From Candidatus Krumholzibacteriota bacterium (GTDB taxonomy: Bacteria; Krumholzibacteriota; Krumholzibacteriia; LZORAL124-64-63), in assembly GCA_039714075.1 (NCBI GenBank), contig JBDLKA010000057.1, positions 1 through 22,413 of the forward strand: 22,413 nucleotides of DNA, in the 5' to 3' direction. The position numbers were made by a program, and so were the translations under genes. Positions 19,525 through 22,413 of this stretch are shown piece after piece (within the stretch, counting starts at the first letter, position 1; every line of letters starts with the position of its first letter). The notes under the pieces were generated by a model. The model had not been told where the DNA came from and made no database searches. It saw only the letters and a list, made by a program, of their open reading frames with translations.

Positions 19525-20190
19525 TCAACGAAATATCGCTTTGACCTTGCCCCAGGAATTCTCCTCCGTACTTTTTCCCAGATTGGTCAAATCCACCATG
19601 CCGGCCATCAGGTAATAGGTTTGATTGGTGCCGCCGACCACTACCTCATGGGCCTTGGCGTAGATTTTCACCGTTCCATTCACTCTCAAGGTCGAAAAAT
19701 CCTGGCCCCGGTCCCAAAGGAGTGACACCTCGTACGAAGTCCATACGGTTCCGGGAAAATTATCCTCGTCATCGGTCGGGGACCAGTTGGCCTGCGCACT
19801 GAATACGCTGAATGAAATGTCCGCTACACCCGGAATAAAATCCCCATCGGGATCGGTGAGGTTATCGCCGGAAAACATTCGCTCGTGGATCCGGCTTTCC
19901 TCGCTTAAATCCAGCATGGTGCCGACGCTGGGAAACTCCTGTGTCGTCGCCTCCTGCAACACCATCAGGAATTCCGGATCCAGCAGGGCCATGTATTTTT
20001 CCGGGTCCCTGGTTTCCTGAGCATCCCTGAACAGGGCAACCAGCTCATCGGGCGACTCCGGCCCGGCCACCGGATCGGGAATCACCCGCACCGGATCGTC
20101 ATCATCGCTGCAGCCGGCCAGGATCAACATGCCCGCCAGGACTGTAACCGCCCCCATCAGAAGGACCTTGGTTGTTTTTGTATGATTCAT
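19525..20190 (-). CDS. Hypothetical lipoprotein, single-domain paralogue of the downstream gene, ending WGKVKAIFR
   Basis: 221 aa from ATG 20190 (SD AGGAG); lipobox LAG-C-SDDDD; aligns without gaps to the C-terminal domain of 17947-19437. Confidence 0.85.
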   Translation of the reverse strand: MNHTKTTKVLLMGAVTVLAGMLILAGCSDDDDPVRVIPDPVAGPESPDELVALFRDAQETRDPEKYMALLDPEFLMVLQEATTQEFPSVGTMLDLSEESRIHERMFSGDNLTDPDGDFIPGVADISFSVFSAQANWSPTDDEDNFPGTVWTSYEVSLLWDRGQDFSTLRVNGTVKIYAKAHEVVVGGTNQTYYLMAGMVDLTNLGKSTEENSWGKVKAIFR

Positions 20191-20221
20191 GATGCTTCTC
20201 CTGTAATGAAAATTTATCCCG

Positions 20222-21949
20222 TCAAAGTTCGACACCCTCGCCCGGCAACGGGAACCACCGCAGCGGTTCGAGTTCGTCATCGAGCTTGACCTGCGCCGCC
20301 TCGGCCGCGATCCCACCCGGCAACCCCGATTGCCCCGCCAGATCCGCCATGTCCATGACGATCCGCTCGGCGTCTTCCAGATACTCGGCGAACGCGCTCT
20401 CGGGTTCGGTGTGATGGTGGGACCGGTACTGCATCTTGCCCGAGCAATAGGTGATGTCGTCCAGGCTCAGCCCGGCGCCGGTCACGCCCCCGCGGTGGCG
20501 CCAGATGCCCGTCACCGCGTCGAAATCGTAATGGGGCAGCAGCCGCCAGCCCTCGCGGGCGATGAAAACCACCGCATCGATGATGAACCGGAAAACCGTA
20601 TCGGAGATGAAGTAGTTGAAGTTCACCCGCACCCAGCCGGGCTTGATGCCTTCGCTGCCGGCATCGATGGCCTCGTGGAATTTCATGCTGCGCGCCAGGT
20701 CGATGCCCAGCAACCGGTGGCCGTAGGGCCCGGCGCACGAACATCCGCCACGGGCCTGGATGCCGAACAGGTCGTTCAGCAGGGCGACCACGAAGTTGTG
20801 GTGCAGCACCATGTCGCCGCGCCGGATCACGAACGACACGATGGACAGTCGTTGCGCATCCAGGTTCCCCAGGACCTCGATGTTGGGGTTTTCGGCCCAG
20901 GCGTCGATGGCCCTCTTGACGAACCCGTGTTCGAACTGCTCGATGTTCTCCTCGCCCACGGCGTTTTTCAGATGGAAGACGAGCCCCGCCCGGATGGCTT
21001 CGATGATCGCCGGAGTGCCGCCCTCCTCCCGGTGGGCGGGATCGGCCAGGTATGTGTGATCTTCCGGGCTGACGTACGACACCGTGCCGCCGCCCGGAAC
21101 CGTGGGAACCCGGTTGGTGATCAGCCGGCGCTTGACCACCAGAACCCCCGGCGTGCCGGGGCCGCCGACGAACTTGTGGGGTGAAATAAACAGCGCGTCC
21201 TTGTACGCCAGGCTTCCCTGGTTCGGCCCGGCGGCGGGATTCATCTCGATCTTCACATAGGGCGCGGCCGCGGCGAAATCCCAGAAGGCCAACGCGTCAT
21301 GGGTGTGCAACAGGCGCGAGATGCCGGCCGTGTCCGAGACGATGCCCGTCACGTTGCTGGCCGCCGAAAAGCTGCCGATCTTCAGGGGCCTGTCCGCATG
21401 GGCGACAAGTTCCCGCTCGAGGTGGGCCTGGTCGATGCGGCCGTCCTGGTCCTCGGCAATGACCACCACGTCGGCGATCGATTCGCGCCAGGGCAGTTCG
21501 TTGGAATGATGCTCGTAGGGTCCGATGAAAACCACGGGCCGCCGCGCGGCGGGGATGTGCTCCGAAAGACCGTATTCCTCGTCCAGGTTGCTGGGCACCC
21601 TGAGGTTCAGGATCTCGATCAACTTGTTGATGGCCCCGGTCGCCCCGGACCCGCAGAAGATCACCACATCGTCCTCGGCACCCCCCACGCCTTCGAGGAT
21701 GATCCTGCGGGCGTCCTCGCGGAAACGGGTGGTCTGCAGGCCGGTGCTCGAGGTTTCGGTGTGGGTGTTCGCGTATAGTGGCAGCACTTCCTCGCGAATG
21801 AAGTTTTCGATGAATTCCACCGAACGGCCGCTCGCCGTGTAGTCGGCGTAGGTCATCCGCCGCGGGCCATAGGGACCGTCGAGGGCCCGGTCGTCACCGA
21901 TGATGCCGTCGCGGATCTTCTCGATCAGGTGCTGGACGTTTTTTTCCAA
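20222..21949 (-). CDS. Class V PLP-dependent enzyme, cysteine desulfurase / selenocysteine lyase-like (long form)
   Basis: YADYTASGR, YANTHT, PYEHHSNE, FSAASNVTG, WDFAAAAPY, SPHKF (PLP Lys), EEGGTP and QARGGCSCAGPY (catalytic Cys loop); TTG start with SD GAGGT. Confidence 0.88.
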   Translation of the reverse strand: MEKNVQHLIEKIRDGIIGDDRALDGPYGPRRMTYADYTASGRSVEFIENFIREEVLPLYANTHTETSSTGLQTTRFREDARRIILEGVGGAEDDVVIFCGSGATGAINKLIEILNLRVPSNLDEEYGLSEHIPAARRPVVFIGPYEHHSNELPWRESIADVVVIAEDQDGRIDQAHLERELVAHADRPLKIGSFSAASNVTGIVSDTAGISRLLHTHDALAFWDFAAAAPYVKIEMNPAAGPNQGSLAYKDALFISPHKFVGGPGTPGVLVVKRRLITNRVPTVPGGGTVSYVSPEDHTYLADPAHREEGGTPAIIEAIRAGLVFHLKNAVGEENIEQFEHGFVKRAIDAWAENPNIEVLGNLDAQRLSIVSFVIRRGDMVLHHNFVVALLNDLFGIQARGGCSCAGPYGHRLLGIDLARSMKFHEAIDAGSEGIKPGWVRVNFNYFISDTVFRFIIDAVVFIAREGWRLLPHYDFDAVTGIWRHRGGVTGAGLSLDDITYCSGKMQYRSHHHTEPESAFAEYLEDAERIVMDMADLAGQSGLPGGIAAEAAQVKLDDELEPLRWFPLPGEGVEL

Positions 21950-21981
21950 GGGCGGACCTCGTGGGCGGATACAAGTGCTTA

Positions 21982-22015
21982 TTGATCCAATAAAAGCCGT
22001 TTACGGCTGGATCAA
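21982..22015 (-). terminator. Nested hairpin with terminator-like core between the HNH gene and the desulfurase-like gene
   Basis: Minus strand TTGATCC-AGCCGT-AA-ACGGCT-TTTATT-GGATCAA. Confidence 0.4.
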
Positions 22016-22052
22016 GTATAACCGCTGGGCCCTGTCGGGGGAAGAGGCACAG

Positions 22053-22413
22053 TTACGCCCTTTGGTTTGGGCTATGGTTCCGGCCATCATTTTCATGTGA
22101 AAACCGATGACAGGATCCGCAAAGGGTGGTCAGGTTTTCGGGATTGTTGCCTCCGCCTTGGTTGCGAGGGACCAAGTGGTGAACTTCAAGGAACCGCGTC
22201 CGACCGCAACCGGGAGCCTGGCAGCGGTGCCGATCGCGGGCCAAAACCTGCCTCCTGACACGCGGGGGAATTGTCGTCGTGTTTCGGCCACCATGCTTGC
22301 AGATTGCGGCATCACACTTCATCCGTTCGGCCTCGGCCCGGCTTAGCTCGCGCTTTCCGACGTCAGTTTCCACTGTCATTTTGCCGGCTTCTTCGTGAAC
22401 ATGGATCTGCACC
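22053..22413 (-). CDS. HNH endonuclease, C-terminal part (DUF222-HNH-like); 5' end lies beyond the window
   Basis: AERMKCDAAI, TIPPRVRRQVLARDRHRCQAPGC, LEVHHLVPRNQGG.N.PENLTTLCGSCH; the frame is open to the window edge. Confidence 0.85.
   Translation of the reverse strand, partial: VQIHVHEEAGKMTVETDVGKRELSRAEAERMKCDAAICKHGGRNTTTIPPRVRRQVLARDRHRCQAPGCGRTRFLEVHHLVPRNQGGGNNPENLTTLCGSCHRFSHENDGRNHSPNQRA

Noticed and set aside
15158..20316. Longer ORF-track starts for liuB (15223), ompA (16079), msrC (17319) and the lipoproteins (19473, 20316)
   Set aside because: Downstream starts restore family-typical N-termini or signal peptides and mostly have better SD sequences; some of the longer versions overlap neighbouring genes.

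Overview
GC-rich bacterial chromosomal window with about 18 protein-coding genes. I found no rRNA, tRNA, CRISPR array or complete transposase. In order: DUF819 membrane protein; GT-C-type membrane glycosyltransferase plus SGNH hydrolase; Cys-type glutathione peroxidase; an uncharacterised lipoprotein; class II (B12-dependent) ribonucleotide reductase nrdJ with tandem NrdR boxes; a leucine-catabolism-type operon (carboxyltransferase, hydratase, biotin carboxylase, separate biotin carrier) ending in an ArsC/LMW-PTP homologue that lacks the resolving cysteines; OmpA/YiaD-type lipoprotein; dihydropyrimidinase-like amidohydrolase; GAF protein MsrC (fRMsr); two paralogous lipoproteins; class V PLP enzyme (cysteine desulfurase-like); and a 5'-truncated HNH nuclease. 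The best candidate for an undescribed system is the lipoprotein pair at 17947-20190. It carries three copies of an unassigned ~178-aa domain, an acidic patch after the lipid cysteine, and a C-terminal W-G-x-V-K-A-x-F-R tail that is intact at both protein ends but decayed in the one internal copy, as a sorting or export signal would be. Second, two unrelated genes (nrdJ, ompA) both have tandem duplications of their own stop-codon region ahead of a strong hairpin. All calls come from motif recognition by eye; no database searches were run.
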